A stretch of DNA of 63,669 nt, filler included, from Thraustochytrium aureum (taxonomy: Eukaryota), in assembly GCA_012862495.1 (NCBI GenBank). It is 8 parts of 6 records of this genome, joined end to end, with 100 filler letters (N's around TTAATTAATTAA, not from the genome) between each part and the next. Parts side by side here need not be neighbours in the genome. Positions count along the whole stretch, not along the records: positions 34,690 to 49,491 come from BLSG01000388.1; positions 49,592 to 54,406 come from BLSG01000388.1; positions 54,507 to 59,316 come from BLSG01000389.1; 5 more parts are not named here. One strand, 5' to 3'. Shown one piece after another: positions 44,764 through 57,500 of the stretch. A program made the translations under genes and the position numbers. The notes under the pieces are model-generated. The model ran no database searches. It saw only the letters and a program-made list of their open reading frames with translations, and had not been told where the DNA came from. Numbering within the stretch: position 1 is the stretch's first letter; every line of letters begins with the position of its first letter.

Positions 44764-45143
44764 TCCATCAACCGTTGGCAACAGCCATGCCGCTCCAGCA
44801 CGCCCCGGTCCGGCGACGGACGCACTTGGGTCGCTGCACTAATTTTAAAATCACGTGCAAGCGCGGGCCGCTCCGCCTCGTCAGGCACGCGCGAGCCGAG
44901 GTCGGCCTCCAGCAACAGTCGCGCAGGCCGCCAGCAGTTTCGCAGACGGAGCGCCGCGTCCTACGAAGGCGAGGCCGCTCGGCCTTCGAGAGTGCGCGGT
45001 TTTGTTCGTGAAAAGATACATTCTGAAACACTCACGGACGGGCAGAACAGGTCACAGGCAGACCTCTAGCTAGAGTCCTCGGGAGCCGCGGTTGTCACGT
45101 GCAGGCTGGCGAGGGACTTGCGCTGTGCTGGACCTCAGGAAAG

Positions 45144-45839
45144 ATGGGCCCCGTAAAGACGGCGGGCGTGTTGCTGGCCCTCGCGCTGGCAGCGCTGGTT
45201 GCCGGCGCGGCCGGGTCGAATCCGGCCGGGCAAGCCTTCTTGGAGGAGAATGGCAAGAAGGACGGCGTGGTGACGCTGCCAAGCGGGCTGCAGTACAAGG
45301 TGCTCAAGCGCGGCGCTGGGACGCACCATCCGACGGTGGACAGCAGGTGCTCGTGCCATTACCATGGGACCCTGATCGATGGCACTGTGTTCGACTCCTC
45401 AGTGGACCGTGGACAGCCGATCGACTTTGCGCCCAACCAGGTGATAAGTGGCTGGACAGAGATCATGCAGCTCATGGTCGAGGGCGACAAATTTGAAATC
45501 TATTTGCCGAGCGAGCTCGCCTACGGGGCGCGCGGAAGCCCGCCCAAGATCGGGCCCGACGAGGTCCTCATCTTCACGATCGAAATCATCGAGATTCACG
45601 GGGGCAAGGTCCCAGCCATCTCGTGCGACCCGGAAACTCTCGCGAACTGCAACGAGAAGGAAACCGCTTTTGTGGACAAGGCCCGCTCAAAGCTTGCTGG
45701 CGGGGAAGCAGCCGAGATCAAGCGGCTCGAGGGAATGCTATCCTCCAAGATGAAGCCGGACCTGCGCGAGTGGGTGCAGCGCCGCCTCAACATCCTGCGC
45801 CGCCTCGAGAGCGCGGGTGCGGCGAAGGACGAGCTATGA
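45144..45839 (+). CDS. ER-resident FKBP-type peptidyl-prolyl isomerase (Mip-like) with signal peptide and KDEL
   Basis: Hydrophobic leader, GVVTLPSGLQYKVL, HYHGTLIDGTVFDSS..RG, VISGWTE, PSELAYG, C-terminal helical domain ending KDEL. Confidence 0.93.
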   Translation: MGPVKTAGVLLALALAALVAGAAGSNPAGQAFLEENGKKDGVVTLPSGLQYKVLKRGAGTHHPTVDSRCSCHYHGTLIDGTVFDSSVDRGQPIDFAPNQVISGWTEIMQLMVEGDKFEIYLPSELAYGARGSPPKIGPDEVLIFTIEIIEIHGGKVPAISCDPETLANCNEKETAFVDKARSKLAGGEAAEIKRLEGMLSSKMKPDLREWVQRRLNILRRLESAGAAKDEL

Positions 45840-45953
45840 GAGTCAGCCAACAGGCCTGCAAGATGGCGACGACCGCATGCGGTCTGAAACGAAACGCAAT
45901 TTCAATTGAGAGAGAGCCTGCGAGAGAAAGATGCGAGCAAAGGGAGAGCAAAC

Positions 45954-48104
45954 CTACTCGCGCTCGGACATGCTGAGCTGCCGCAGAGCGCGCACAATTC
46001 GCCGCTGTTGCTCGGTGTTCCCAACGTCCACGTGGCCCAGCTCGCTGTAGATCTTGGTGAAAAAGTTGACCATTTGTCGCCCAAAGAAACGGTCGCTGAC
46101 GCGAGGATTCGGGTGGCGCGCGCGGCAATCGTCGATGAACTCGTGCACGTCGCACATCAGAATCTGCCAGTCAGAGTCATCCATGTACTTGTTGGACGGC
46201 GGCCGCACTGCGCGCTCCTCCGAAGCGCTTGCAGGCTCGCTGCCTACGCCGCCCTGGCCCCCCTGTGCCCAAGTGCACGCCTTACACCATTAGCGGCGGC
46301 GCTCGCGCCAAGGGGGCCCACGCTGACGCTTTCGGCGTCTCGCCCTAGCGGAGGGGACTCGCTCCCAAGAACGAAAAGTCCACTGAGCGCGCGCCGAGCG
46401 CTGTTGTGCCGCGAGGGCGGCCCGTCTTGAACAGCCTCGCCGATGCTCTCCGCGTAGTCCCCCGGTGGTCGACCCAGCGCGAGCGGTCACGCTCGTCTCT
46501 TCCACGGACCTGAGGGCTTTGGCGCTCGCGCTGTGAAGGATGCGAAGCTGCGGAGTCTGTCCGAGCGAGTCTTCGCCCGGTATTTCGTCGTCCTCGTCCA
46601 GGTCTGCAACGTCGCCATCGCCGTTGCCTCTCTCGCCACCCTCGCCGTCCCCCTCCTCCTCCTCCTCGTCGTCGTCCTCGTCGTCCTCGTCGTCGGTCCC
46701 GCTCGCGCTCGTACCGGTTTCGGTGCCACCCGGATCGGCTGCGACGGTCTGGCCTTCGTCGCCCTCCTCCTCGTCCCCCTCTTCGATGCCATCGACGCTA
46801 TCGTGGCTCCCTGGTGAGCGCATCCTGCGCGAGTCGTTGTACCCGAACGACTTGAGCGACTTTGTCGAGGACGCGGCCTCGACGTAGACAGAAGAGACGT
46901 TTGACCCCTGCTGGCTCGTCGAATCGAACGCGCTAGGCTTTGCCGAGGTGAGACGGGATTCCAACCGATGAATATTTCGCTGCAGCGTGGCCACTTCCTG
47001 CTCGTGGCGCTTGAGCTGGAGCGACTTTTGGCGCCCGAGCTCCCTGGCCTGCTCGAGCGCGACGGTCATCTGTCGGATCTGGTCTTCGCGCCCAGAAATG
47101 TCTTCTGCGTAGCCATCCACATCGCTTGCCGCGTTGGAGGCTGCTTGTGCGTCCAAAAACTGCCGCCTCAGCTCCCGCCGAGCGACCTCCTCGACCTGCT
47201 CGCGGCGGGCTCGATCGTGCTCGTCTTGCTCGTTGCGGATGCGTCGCTCCGCGATCGCGAGCTTCTTGACGCGATTTTCTTCGTTGCGAAGTTCCGCGCG
47301 GGCCTCGGAGAGCCGCTCGTCGTGCAGCCTCTTCTCTGCTGCGAGGTTTGCTGTGAGAGCATCCTTCCTGTCCTCGAGCCGCTGCAGCTTTTCGACGAGG
47401 AGCTTGTACTTGCGGGCCTGCTCCTCCTGCGCCTCTTCCGAGTCCCCCCCTGGGGACATCTTGATGTCCAAAATGTCGGCGCGGAGCATCTGGACCTCTT
47501 CAAGCATTTGCTGGGCCGCGCGGGCCTCTTGCTCGAGCTTTCGAGCCGTGTCATCTGCGCTAGCGAGCTCCACAACGCGGGGCGAGCTCGCCGCTTGGGC
47601 CTGCCCGCCAGACATGGCGTCCACTAGGCGTTTCATGTCCATCTCAGCACCCTGCCCTTCCGCGCCAGCACCTGCAGTGGCGTACTGCATGAGCAGCTCC
47701 ATACTGCCCATGTCAATGCCGTGCGACTCGAGCACACTGCGAAGCGCGGGCTGGCTTTGGCTCAGCTGCATCAGCATGACAAGCTCTGCGAGTTGATCTT
47801 GGAGGTTGTCGGTATCCTTGTCCTCGTCCTCGTCGTCCGCGTCCTCGTGCGCCTGCACGAGGTTGGCAGCATCAAACATGGCCCTGGAAACGGCGGCTCC
47901 GTTGCTGCGCGGGGAGCTCGACGCACTCTGGCTTGCGCGACCGGAGCTTCTTCTGGGTGAGCCGCTGTCGCCGTATGAACGTCGTGGAGCCACCGGGGAC
48001 CGCACCTCTTCCATGTGAGATTGGAGCTCTTCGGCGGCATAATCGTCCTCGGCAGCGGTCTGCCCGAACCGCGCGCGCTGTAGATTCTCTTGCATCAAGA
48101 GCAT
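45954..48104 (-). CDS. coiled-coil/acidic hypothetical protein, probably multi-exon (last exon probably within 45954-46208; further exons may lie upstream)
   Basis: 604-codon ORF with E/Q/R heptads and a D/E tract. Downstream protein-like ORF MDDSDWQILMCDVHEFIDDC. Confidence 0.6.
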
Positions 48105-48927
48105 TTCAGCTGCCGCATTTACTCAAAAGTCAGTCAGCCAAGCCAGCCCAGCGCGCAGGTTCACCTTCAAATCCGTGCAGAGCCAACCTCACCAACCACC
48201 GGCCCGCCGGCCGGCCGTTCCAGTCCTCGCGCGCCGTACGGCTACCCCGATGGACCCCTTCACGCGCGCCGCAGCAACCCCCCCCTTGCCTCACACCTTA
48301 CCCAGCTGCTTCTCGAGCGACGCTTTCTCGCGCATGAGGGCCTCGGCCGAGGCCGCGTTGACGTCCATTTCCACCCGCCTCGGCGACTTTTTTTCGCCCG
48401 TTGCGATCCGGCACAGGTCCACTGCGAACCTGCCTCGCGGGGAAACCGATTGCGCAAGGACCTGCGTGGGGGCCCTGAGCTCGTCGCCTGCGCGTTGCTC
48501 TTGCGCCTGCGTCAACGGCTCGTCAGCTCTCGCAGCCGCGCGCTCTCTCGCGTTGCGACTCTGGTGGTCCCCCGAGTGGATCGATCGATCTTGCGTTGGA
48601 CCGTGAGCAGGTAACGCGACCACGTCACGATGGTACCCTTTGTAGACGTGACGCGTTTTGCCGCCGCGAGCGCCCCAGACTCGCAACGACCCGAACGAGC
48701 CAGCGAGTTCGCGGGCGGTGCGCGTGAGCCCCGCGGCAAGCGCAGGCAGCGGGCGATATATAGACCTGGAGGCTGGCTGGGCCAGCGCCGGACGGTGCGG
48801 TCAGACTTTGGCGCGACCCACGACGAAATACGACGAAACCGAAGCTCACCGGCCGCCGACGAAGCACGCTGCCGCTTGTGGCGCGCTCGCCGCGCGCGGA
48901 AGTGGACGGCGTCGCGGCAAGTCGCCG

Positions 48928-49336
48928 ATGCCGCCGAGAAAGCCTGCCTGGCTTGGGGCGCACTTGGTGAGTTTGTTGAGGGCGCCCTGCGGGTCCGAGC
49001 AGGGAACTGGCAGCTGACGCCAGCGCGGTGCGGCACGACCGCGTGGAGATCTTCCCCATTGTGTTTGTTGGAGGCGCCGTCGTACTGGGCGTCATGGTTG
49101 GCGTTCGCACCCTCTTGTACAGCCCGGAGCTCAAGCTAGACTCCAAGTCGCGGCGCAGCCCGATGCTGGACAATCAAGAGAAAGCGGACGCGTACCGGTC
49201 TCACGCATTCCGCAAGATCGGCCGCATGGACACTTACTTTCGGCCCCAGGGGAGCGCAGCAACAAGCAAGGCAAAAGAGCCCGCAGCGCAAGTTGCGCCG
49301 CCGCCCGAGCTCCCGCCCGCCGAAAGCGACGACTGA
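48928..49336 (+). CDS. B12D/NDUFA4-like small mitochondrial membrane protein, with an intron after the first ~13 codons
   Basis: VEIFPIVFVGG..VRTLLYSPEL.L....R...L.N.E....Y..H.FRKI matches the B12D pattern. ATG at 48928 is followed by a GTGAGT donor. Confidence 0.7.
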
Positions 49337-50191
49337 CGTTGTGGGACACTGGTTTGGCATGCCTTGCCAGGCGGCGCCTGAAGCATCGCACACGGCAACA
49401 GAAGGAAGAAAGACTAAGGCCGGTTACGACAACGAATTACAGCTATTTCTCCCTCTGGGCCGTGCGGCGGTGCCTCGGCAGCATAAGACCTNNNNNNNNN
49501 NNNNNNNNNNNNNNNNNNNNNNNNNNNNNNNNNNNTTAATTAATTAANNNNNNNNNNNNNNNNNNNNNNNNNNNNNNNNNNNNNNNNNNNNCAATCTCCA
49601 AGGACGGGGGCTGTTGAAAGGTTTCGTGCCAGCGGGACGGAAGTCCATGTGCCCAGCCGGGTCCATACCGCCCCGCACCGCAGGGCGACAGCTCGCGGGC
49701 GGCCGTGAGACAGCGGGCTGCCAAAGGTCGCTCGGCGCGGGCACTGCGTTTTGTCGCGGCCTTTGCGTGTGCGGCTCGCCTCATTCTGTGGTCCGACAGT
49801 ACAAGGTCCGAACCCTAAAGCTTGCTCTCCATTGCTCGCACTGGCAATTCCGACGATCAAGCTCTCTGCAGAGCTTGAGCTCGAGCTTGAGCAGAGAGAG
49901 CAAGCGCAAGAGAGGCCACAAGTTTACAGTGTAGGAAGGACGAGTGGGCGCGCAAAGACATGATGCATTATTCGATCCGTTTGCGTGCTTTTGCCGTGTT
50001 TCGCTCCCCTGTGCGCTCGAGATCTCCAGAGTCTGCAGCTCTCTAGCTCTAGCTAGAGAACGTCGCTCTCTACCAGAGCAAGCACAACGTGGTCAATTGC
50101 CGTATTCGCACCCGTGCGCCCCGCCCTCGCAAGGAAACGAGCCGCCCGGTCTGCGCGCTGGATAAATCGTCCCCTCAACGAGACGCAACAA

Positions 50192-51590
50192 TCAGGTGAC
50201 GAGGTCGTCGACGAGGTCGTCAAACGTGAACATCTCGAAATTATCCTGGTCGTCCGCGTTTGTGCTGATTCCGAGGACTTCCGAGTTGTTGTGGTCGATT
50301 CGCGCGCCAGACCGCGACTTAAAGAATGACTTGTCCTCGAACGCACTTGCACCATCACGCAGCAAGGCCTTGTGCTTGGTTGTCAGCCCGTGGCCGACAA
50401 CCATAAAGTCGTCCGAGCCTAGTAGCGTGCCTTCGCAATCATCGACAGCGGACTCGTCATGCGCCGGGTCCGAGAGGCTCTTGGCAGGGCTTGTCGCGCT
50501 GTCAGCTTGCTGTTCGTTCCCATCGTTCGCGTTGTCTTCTTTGCCTTTCGCGTCGCTCCCGCCGCTCGGTTGAGAGCTAGGAGCGCTCTTCTCCTTCAAC
50601 TCTTGCTCGGCGCCAACCTTGCTTGAGCTCGTCGCGCTTGCCTTGAAGGCCTTGGGCTTGAGGATCTTAGTTGCGGACTTGGTCTCAGAGCTCGCTGCCT
50701 CGCCTTGCGATGCGCCAGCCCGGCCGCCAAGCGCGGCAATGCCAAGGGCGTCATTCAGCTGGGCTTGCCCGCCAAGCGATGAAAGCGGTTGCGGCGAAAC
50801 CAGCCGCTGGAGGTCGAAGAGGCCGTCAGAACCGAAAAACCCGCTCGCAGTCGGCGAGTGGAGCTTGTTGGGAAGGTCCAGCGGCGACGCAGCCTCGTCG
50901 GCCCCCATGTCCATTTGGTTGCGGCCGGAACCGCCCGAGGCGTTGCCTTTCTTGGTCCGCGCCATCCCGGCGCTGCCACTAGTGGCGCTCGCTGTGGCTG
51001 CGTGCAGAGCAGGCCCGCCAAACCCAAACCCAAACCCAGCCCCGTCGCCGCCGAGCATCCCCGAAGCCTGCAGGAACATCGGGCTGAGGCTGCCCCCAAA
51101 CCGGCCATGCCGCCGTTGTTCTGAAACATGTTGAACCCTCCGGTCCCGTCTCCCTTGTGGCCAGAGCCGTCAGAACCGAGAAAGCTGTTCAAGTTGACCT
51201 TGCCCGTCCCGGCGCCGCCCGCGCCAACCCCGTGGGCGCCGGTCACAAAGCCAGAGCCAAACAGCATGTCGAGATCGTTGAGCGTGGGCGAGGGATTGCT
51301 GCCGTTTCCAGCGAGGCCATTGCCGCTGGCGCCGCCAAAGTTCATCTGGTTGAAAAAATTTGGTGAAATCCGGTTTTGCGCGCCGGCAAAGTTGTTTTGC
51401 GGCCCGCCGTGCTGCCCAGCCTGGACGAAACTCTGCAAGTTTTGCAGGTTTTGCATGTTTTGCATTCCGTGAAAGCCCTGCGGCAGGCCGTAGGCGTGCA
51501 TTTGCATGTCTTGGCCGCCGTTCATGACAGGGTGAATCTGGGCCCCGCCCATCATGTGCTGCTGCATGACTGCGTTCGCGGACGGCGGGG
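50192..51590 (-). CDS. low-complexity Q/N/G/M-rich protein C-terminus (possible transcription factor); frameshift near 51090; upstream part in gap
   Basis: ORFs 50755-51567 and 50192-51079 join into a prion-like/acidic tail ending FTFDDLVDDLVT. Confidence 0.6.
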
Positions 51591-53078
51591 GGNNNNNNNN
51601 NNNNNNNNNNNNNNNNNNNNNNNNNNNNNNNNNNNNNNNNNNNNNNNNNNNNNNNNNNNNNNNNNNNNNNNNNNNNNNNNNNNNNNNNNNNNNNNNNNNN
51701 NNNNNNNNNNNNNNNNNNNNNNNNNNNNNNNNNNNNNNNNNNNNNNNNNNNNNNNNNNNNNNNNNNNNNNNNNNNNNNNNNNNNNNNNNNNNNNNNNNNN
51801 NNNNNNNNNNNNNNNNNNNNNNNNNNNNNNNNNNNNNNNNNNNNNNNNNNNNNNNNNNNNNNNNNNNNNNNNNNNNNNNNNNNNNNNNNNNNNNNNNNNN
51901 NNNNNNNNNNNNNNNNNNNNNNNNNNNNNNNNNNNNNNNNNNNNNNNNNNNNNNNNNNNNNNNNNNNNNNNNNNNNNNNNNNNNNNNNNNNNNNNNNNNN
52001 NNNNNNNNNNNNNNNNNNNNNNNNNNNNNNNNNNNNNNNNNNNNNNNNNNNNNNNNNNNNNNNNNNNNNNNNNNNNNNNNNNNNNNNNNNNNNNNNNNNN
52101 NNNNNNNNNNNNNNNNNNNNNNNNNNNNNNNNNNNNNNNNNNNNNNNNNNNNNNNNNNNNNNNNNNNNNNNNNNNNNNNNNNNNNNNNNNNNNNNNNNNN
52201 NNNNNNNNNNNNNNNNNNNNNNNNNNNNNNNNNNNNNNNNNNNNNNNNNNNNNNNNNNNNNNNNNNNNNNNNNNNNNNNNNNNNNNNNNNNNNNNNNNNN
52301 NNNNNNNNNNNNNNNNNNNNNNNNNNNNNNNNNNNNNNNNNNNNNNNNNNNNNNNNNNNNNNNNNNNNNNNNNNNNNNNNNNNNNNNNNNNNNNNNNNNN
52401 NNNNNNNNNNNNNNNNNNNNNNNNNNNNNNNNNNNNNNNNNNNNNNNNNNNNNNNNNNNNNNNNNNNNNNNNNNNNNNNNNNNNNNNNNNNNNNNNNNNN
52501 NNNNNNNNNNNNNNNNNNNNNNNNNNNNNNNNNNNNNNNNNNNNNNNNNNNNNNNNNNNNNNNNNNNNNNNNNNNNNNNGAGACGGACAGGACAGCTCAT
52601 CCATGATGAAACGCACCAGCCAAACTTGAGCCAAGCGCGCGCCACTCTCCACCGGCGGAGCCAGTGAGTAACCGTATTCTAACGGCAAGAAAGAACGCCG
52701 CGAGCAGTGCTCGGCGTCCGTCCAACGTCCGCCGCCCGGTGCCGTTCTGTTGATCCTGCTGCTGCTGGCGGCCTGCTGCTGCTGCGCTCTTGGTCATTCA
52801 TTCTTGGAAGAGCCCCAAACCGAAGGCGGCCGCGATGCGCTCTGTAGAGCTCGAACTGGGCGCGCGCGGATACACCGGTGGAGGCTAGCGAGGACCGGCG
52901 TCGAAGCGCGCTCCGATTGGAGGGCTGGCTCGCTGCGGGCAAGCACCGCTGTCTGACTGACCCGAGGCTTGCCTGCTTGCCGCGGGAAGGGAAACGGGCC
53001 CGCGGGAAGGACGGCGCAAGACCCGCTCGAGCCTGCGAGCGTCGACGACGTTGACGCGCCTGGGTGCTCTGTATCGAG

Positions 53079-54167
53079 ATGAGGCGCCCGCTGGCTCCCT
53101 CGCAAAAGGTCAACACGAGCCAGGGCGCTCCGAGGCGCCATGGTGCAGGGTTAGGCGGACCAGAGTCCAGCAAACCGGCGGACAAGCTGGAGGCCACAGG
53201 AACGAGCAGCCACCACGACCATGAGGGAGGGACAGGGGGCCGCGCCAACACGGCGTCGCGCGCTGCTGAGGCGGCAGTGGTACCACGTCGGCAAGCCGCA
53301 GGGTCGGCGTACCTGAGCAAACTGCAGCGAGCTGGGGCCAGCGCACGGGAGCGAGCCCTGGCGAACCTCGTTTTGGAGTGTGGGATGATATGCGGCTGCT
53401 CCGGCATGGCGGCCCAAGAGTTTGACGCCAAGGCCGGGGACCTCTTGGAGAAATGCAAGTACAGCCATGGCGCGCTCGAGCGCGAGGTCCTCGCGCTGGC
53501 GATGAGCGCCTTGTCAAGGTGCGCGAGCCGGGTTGAGCCGGACAGCTCGAGTGCCGAGGCGCTGCCAGCCATGCTGCGAAAGGTAGAGGCAATGCAAGCG
53601 CACGTTGCGCTGAACGCCGAGATCGACGGCGTGAAGAGCGTGATCGCGGCGCTGTGGCTCGCGCACGGCGACAACGACGCCGTCGACATGGAGGTCGAGC
53701 TCTTGCGCTACTTGGAGAGCAAGCACGACGGTTGCCGCGACCGCATGGCCGCGGGCGCCGTGTCGCTCGTCGAGAGCCTCAACCGACTTGCCAGTCACGA
53801 CGTCGACATCCGCGTGTTCGGCAAGATCCTGCGCAACGCCGTGGACCAGGGGTTCTGGCGCGTTCGAACCAAGTTGCGGCAGACGGTTCGGGAGTTGGCA
53901 GCGCAGGGGCGCTCGCCAGCGGCGATTGTGGCGCACATGTACAACGACAGGGACGCGCGAGAGCTCTTGCACCGGCTTGAGGCGCGTCGCGGCCTCCTCG
54001 ACTTGGAGGACCTTTTGCTTGAGTTCCACCTTGAGCGGCACGAAGCAGCTACCGCGGGGCTGGCGGAGGAGTATCGCGCCGCGGACGAAGAGTTCAAGAG
54101 CAAGATCAGTTTCTCGGCTTTTGTGCGCGGCAGGCTACTAGCCGGCTCCGCGGCTGCAACGCCATGA
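53079..54167 (+). CDS. hypothetical helical protein
   Basis: About 360-codon ORF with host-like codon usage. No motif recognised. Confidence 0.55.
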   Translation: MRRPLAPSQKVNTSQGAPRRHGAGLGGPESSKPADKLEATGTSSHHDHEGGTGGRANTASRAAEAAVVPRRQAAGSAYLSKLQRAGASARERALANLVLECGMICGCSGMAAQEFDAKAGDLLEKCKYSHGALEREVLALAMSALSRCASRVEPDSSSAEALPAMLRKVEAMQAHVALNAEIDGVKSVIAALWLAHGDNDAVDMEVELLRYLESKHDGCRDRMAAGAVSLVESLNRLASHDVDIRVFGKILRNAVDQGFWRVRTKLRQTVRELAAQGRSPAAIVAHMYNDRDARELLHRLEARRGLLDLEDLLLEFHLERHEAATAGLAEEYRAADEEFKSKISFSAFVRGRLLAGSAAATP

Positions 54168-54506
54168 GACCTACTAACTATCTGATTCAGCGTACTGCGC
54201 GTTAGAGAGCCCTGCGCCTGCCCACGGCCGGCGCGCGCGCTAGCAACCCCCCACTTCGCCACGCAGTGTCTCACTCACTTACGTTCCATCGTCATCTTCG
54301 CTCGACGTGAGCAGGCCCTCGATCGCCCTCAGAACCTCCGTGCTGACGCTCCCTAGCCGCGCGACACCCCGCGTCTGCGTCAGGCGCGCCGCCGCGTTGC
54401 GCTCCGNNNNNNNNNNNNNNNNNNNNNNNNNNNNNNNNNNNNNNNNNNNNTTAATTAATTAANNNNNNNNNNNNNNNNNNNNNNNNNNNNNNNNNNNNNN
54501 NNNNNN

Positions 54507-57500
54507 GTTTCCCAATCTCCTCCCAGGTCAGCGTCCGAAAACGCTGTCAAGGGGTTCTCTCCATCTGCTCCAGGAGCGAATCTCAACTGGACGTGCACCG
54601 TTCCGCGTAGGTATCCCAGCAGGTGCAAGATTGCCCTCTTGTGTTTCAGTTGCGGACTCTGGCCGAAGCGGGCCAACAACCCCACTGCAAAAGCGATGTC
54701 GGGCCGTGTGTAGAGTGCGGGATGGAAGAGCCTTCCCACCATGGATCGATACCATGCGTGTTCCGCCGCCCCGAGTGGAGGGCTTCCGTCCGCTCTGTTG
54801 GTCAAATCCACAGACACGGGAAGCGGTGTGTCCTTGGTCGTCTTGACGTCGGCGTCCTCCACTATCTGCTGGATTGCACTCGTCTGGTCCATCCTCAGCT
54901 CGTAGGTCCCTCCTTCTTGGGAGGGTAGCATCGTGATGTTCGTGCCAACATACTTGATGATCTGGCCAGGTCTCAGCCACTGGAACTTCAGCTCGTACTC
55001 GAGCTCGAGAGCCCGTCTCAGGTCTGTCACGCGCTGGGTGCTCCCAACCATGAGCAAGTCATCTACGTACGTGATCAGGTAGAGGTCTGCGCCAGGCACG
55101 TGGAAGACTCCTTCCTCTGTCCGGAGCGGAACTGCTCCAAACTTCTTGAGGGTGGCCGAGAGGTGCCTGTACCAAAGTCGGCCTGCAGCGCGCAACCCAT
55201 ATAGCGCGCCCTCGATCCGGAGCATCTGCCCAGGTTCTTCAAATCCTGGGATGCCCTTGGTGTAGACCGAATCTACTTCGAGTCGCCCGTACAGGTATGC
55301 CGCCTTGACGTCTGCCACCGCGAGGCTGTAGTTGCGGTTCACTGCGATACTCAGCAGTGTGCGTAACCCAAGGGGGTTGACCGTAGGGGAGTAATTGTTT
55401 TCCCCTGGGCGGTTCCGCTGTGTGAACCCTCGCGCAACGCACCGTGCTCTGTAAGTGAGGCCCTTTACCCCGGGTTTGAATCCACGAGCGAAGACCCACT
55501 TCAGTGTCACGATGTCGGCGTGCCGTGGGATCGTGTCGGCTCGAACGCGCCTGAAAGTCTTCATCCCTCCGAGGGTCTGACGTTCAAGATCCATGGCCGC
55601 GAGCCACTCGCGTGCTCGTTGCGGGTGATTTATCGCCTCTTGGTAGGTCCGTGGGACCGTCTCGCGTAATTCCTCCTCGATGGATCCAGTCTTCTGCGTG
55701 GTTTCCCCTGAGGTACCCACGTCGTCTTCTACGTCTCCTTCCGTCTTCGTGACGTATGCCCGGTAGCTGCCTTTGTCTCCAGCATTCCCGCCGCCTCGCT
55801 GAAACTGCGGTCGGAGGGCGTTTGCCACAGGGTCAAACCGCGTCCGGGGCGCGATGCGCCGCGGGCGGGCCGCGCCGCCTGTTTCAGCGCCGTCTCCTTG
55901 GCTACCGGGGCCGAAGACTGTGAGGTCCGCCGCACGTTCGTCGACCACGTCGCGGCTAGGGTCAACCTCAGGTTGTCCCTCTACCGGGCCTCTGCCCGGC
56001 GGCGCGCCCTCTTCCACCTCGTCGTCCTGGACGACGACAGTGGGTGCAATTTCCTCCGGCGCGTGGTCCTCGTTCGCTGGCACCGCCGTCGGGTCGCGTT
56101 TGGTCGAAGCCAGGTACGGGTACTCGTTTTCCAGGACGATCACATCCCGCGAAACGCGTACGCTGCGCGTGTCATCCATGAGGACTGTCATTGTCCCGTT
56201 GGGTTCCCAACCCAGGATGACGCACTCGAGACCGCGAGCCGTAAGTTTGTGGCTCGGCGTCGGGTCTCGCAGGAACGCGCGTGCCCCAAAAGGGCGCGCG
56301 TGGTGGTAGTGGGGTTTTACACCGGTCCACTTCTCGTACGGCGAGCACGTGCCGCGCCGGGGCAGAATGTTCCGAATCTGCGCCGCAAGTTTGAATGCGT
56401 ACGGGAAGTAACGGTATGCCAATCCGCTCGCCGCCATCATCGTGCGTGCCATGGCAGCCAAATGTGAGTGGTACGCTTCCACCGGGTTCAATTTGCTGTC
56501 GTGTGCTGGCGTCCGTAGGTGCTTGATACCCAACCGCACGAGATGCTGCCCAAAAGCTGTGTGCGGTCCGAACTCGGGACCGCGGTCAGTGATCAGGGCT
56601 TGAGGCAGTGAGCATCCGAGTCGATGCTCCTTCTGCATCTCCGTGAGGAATCGCAGGAGGACGTCCGTGACCAATTCTGCCGTGTGGTTACTGAGGCAGT
56701 ACACCCATGAGTATCCCGTGAAGACGTCCACGAAATGCATTATGTAAAATGCGGGTGCCTTCAAGCCGCGCACTCGGGGTGCGACGATCAGGTCCACAGA
56801 GACGACCTCGTTCGGGGCCGATACAGCGTTTCTCTGGGAACCCTCGCGGCGAGTCTTCGATCGCCGCTGGTTGCCCTGTATGCATGGAATGCACGTACGC
56901 TGCATGGTGTCCACACCTTCCCCGAGTGCGAGTCTGATGAGTTCCGGGTTTGCGTGCCCGAGTCTCGCATGCCAGTCCGGAGTGCGAGGACCCCCATGTG
57001 TTGCCGGGGGAATCGAACTGGGGTGCAGGCGAGCAGTGGGCGCAACGCGTGTAAATGCCACTTTGCGTGCGTCCTCTGCTACTGGAATTGGCCCGGGCTC
57101 CGCCGTAGGGTCGGCGTCCACCAAATGAGCTCGGCCGTTTCCAGCACCGTTGCCACGTACTATTCTGGCCCTCGCGTAGTACAGTCCAGCTCGTTCATCC
57201 AAGAGCCACCGTCTACCGTCAGAGAACTCCAAACACGAGTCCTGGGGTTCTAGGTGGATGCCCACTCTGCCGTGAGCTGCTCGGAGGCTACTCACGGACA
57301 AGATTGTAGCCTGAGCCGGAGCGCAGTACACGCGCTGTAAGGTTATGCGCTCTGAGCGCACTTGACCATCACTCTTTGTGGTGATTTCCAGAGGTAGGTC
57401 GCCGATGTACTCTACCTTGTGTCGAGTTCCAGCGAAACCAAAAAGGTTGGCTTGCGTCACTCGTTGGACGTTGATCAGGTCCTCGACCCGCCCATGCACG

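Noticed and set aside
44530..45069. Poly-N/S ORF
   Set aside because: Explained by the CAA/CAG microsatellite; no other coding evidence.
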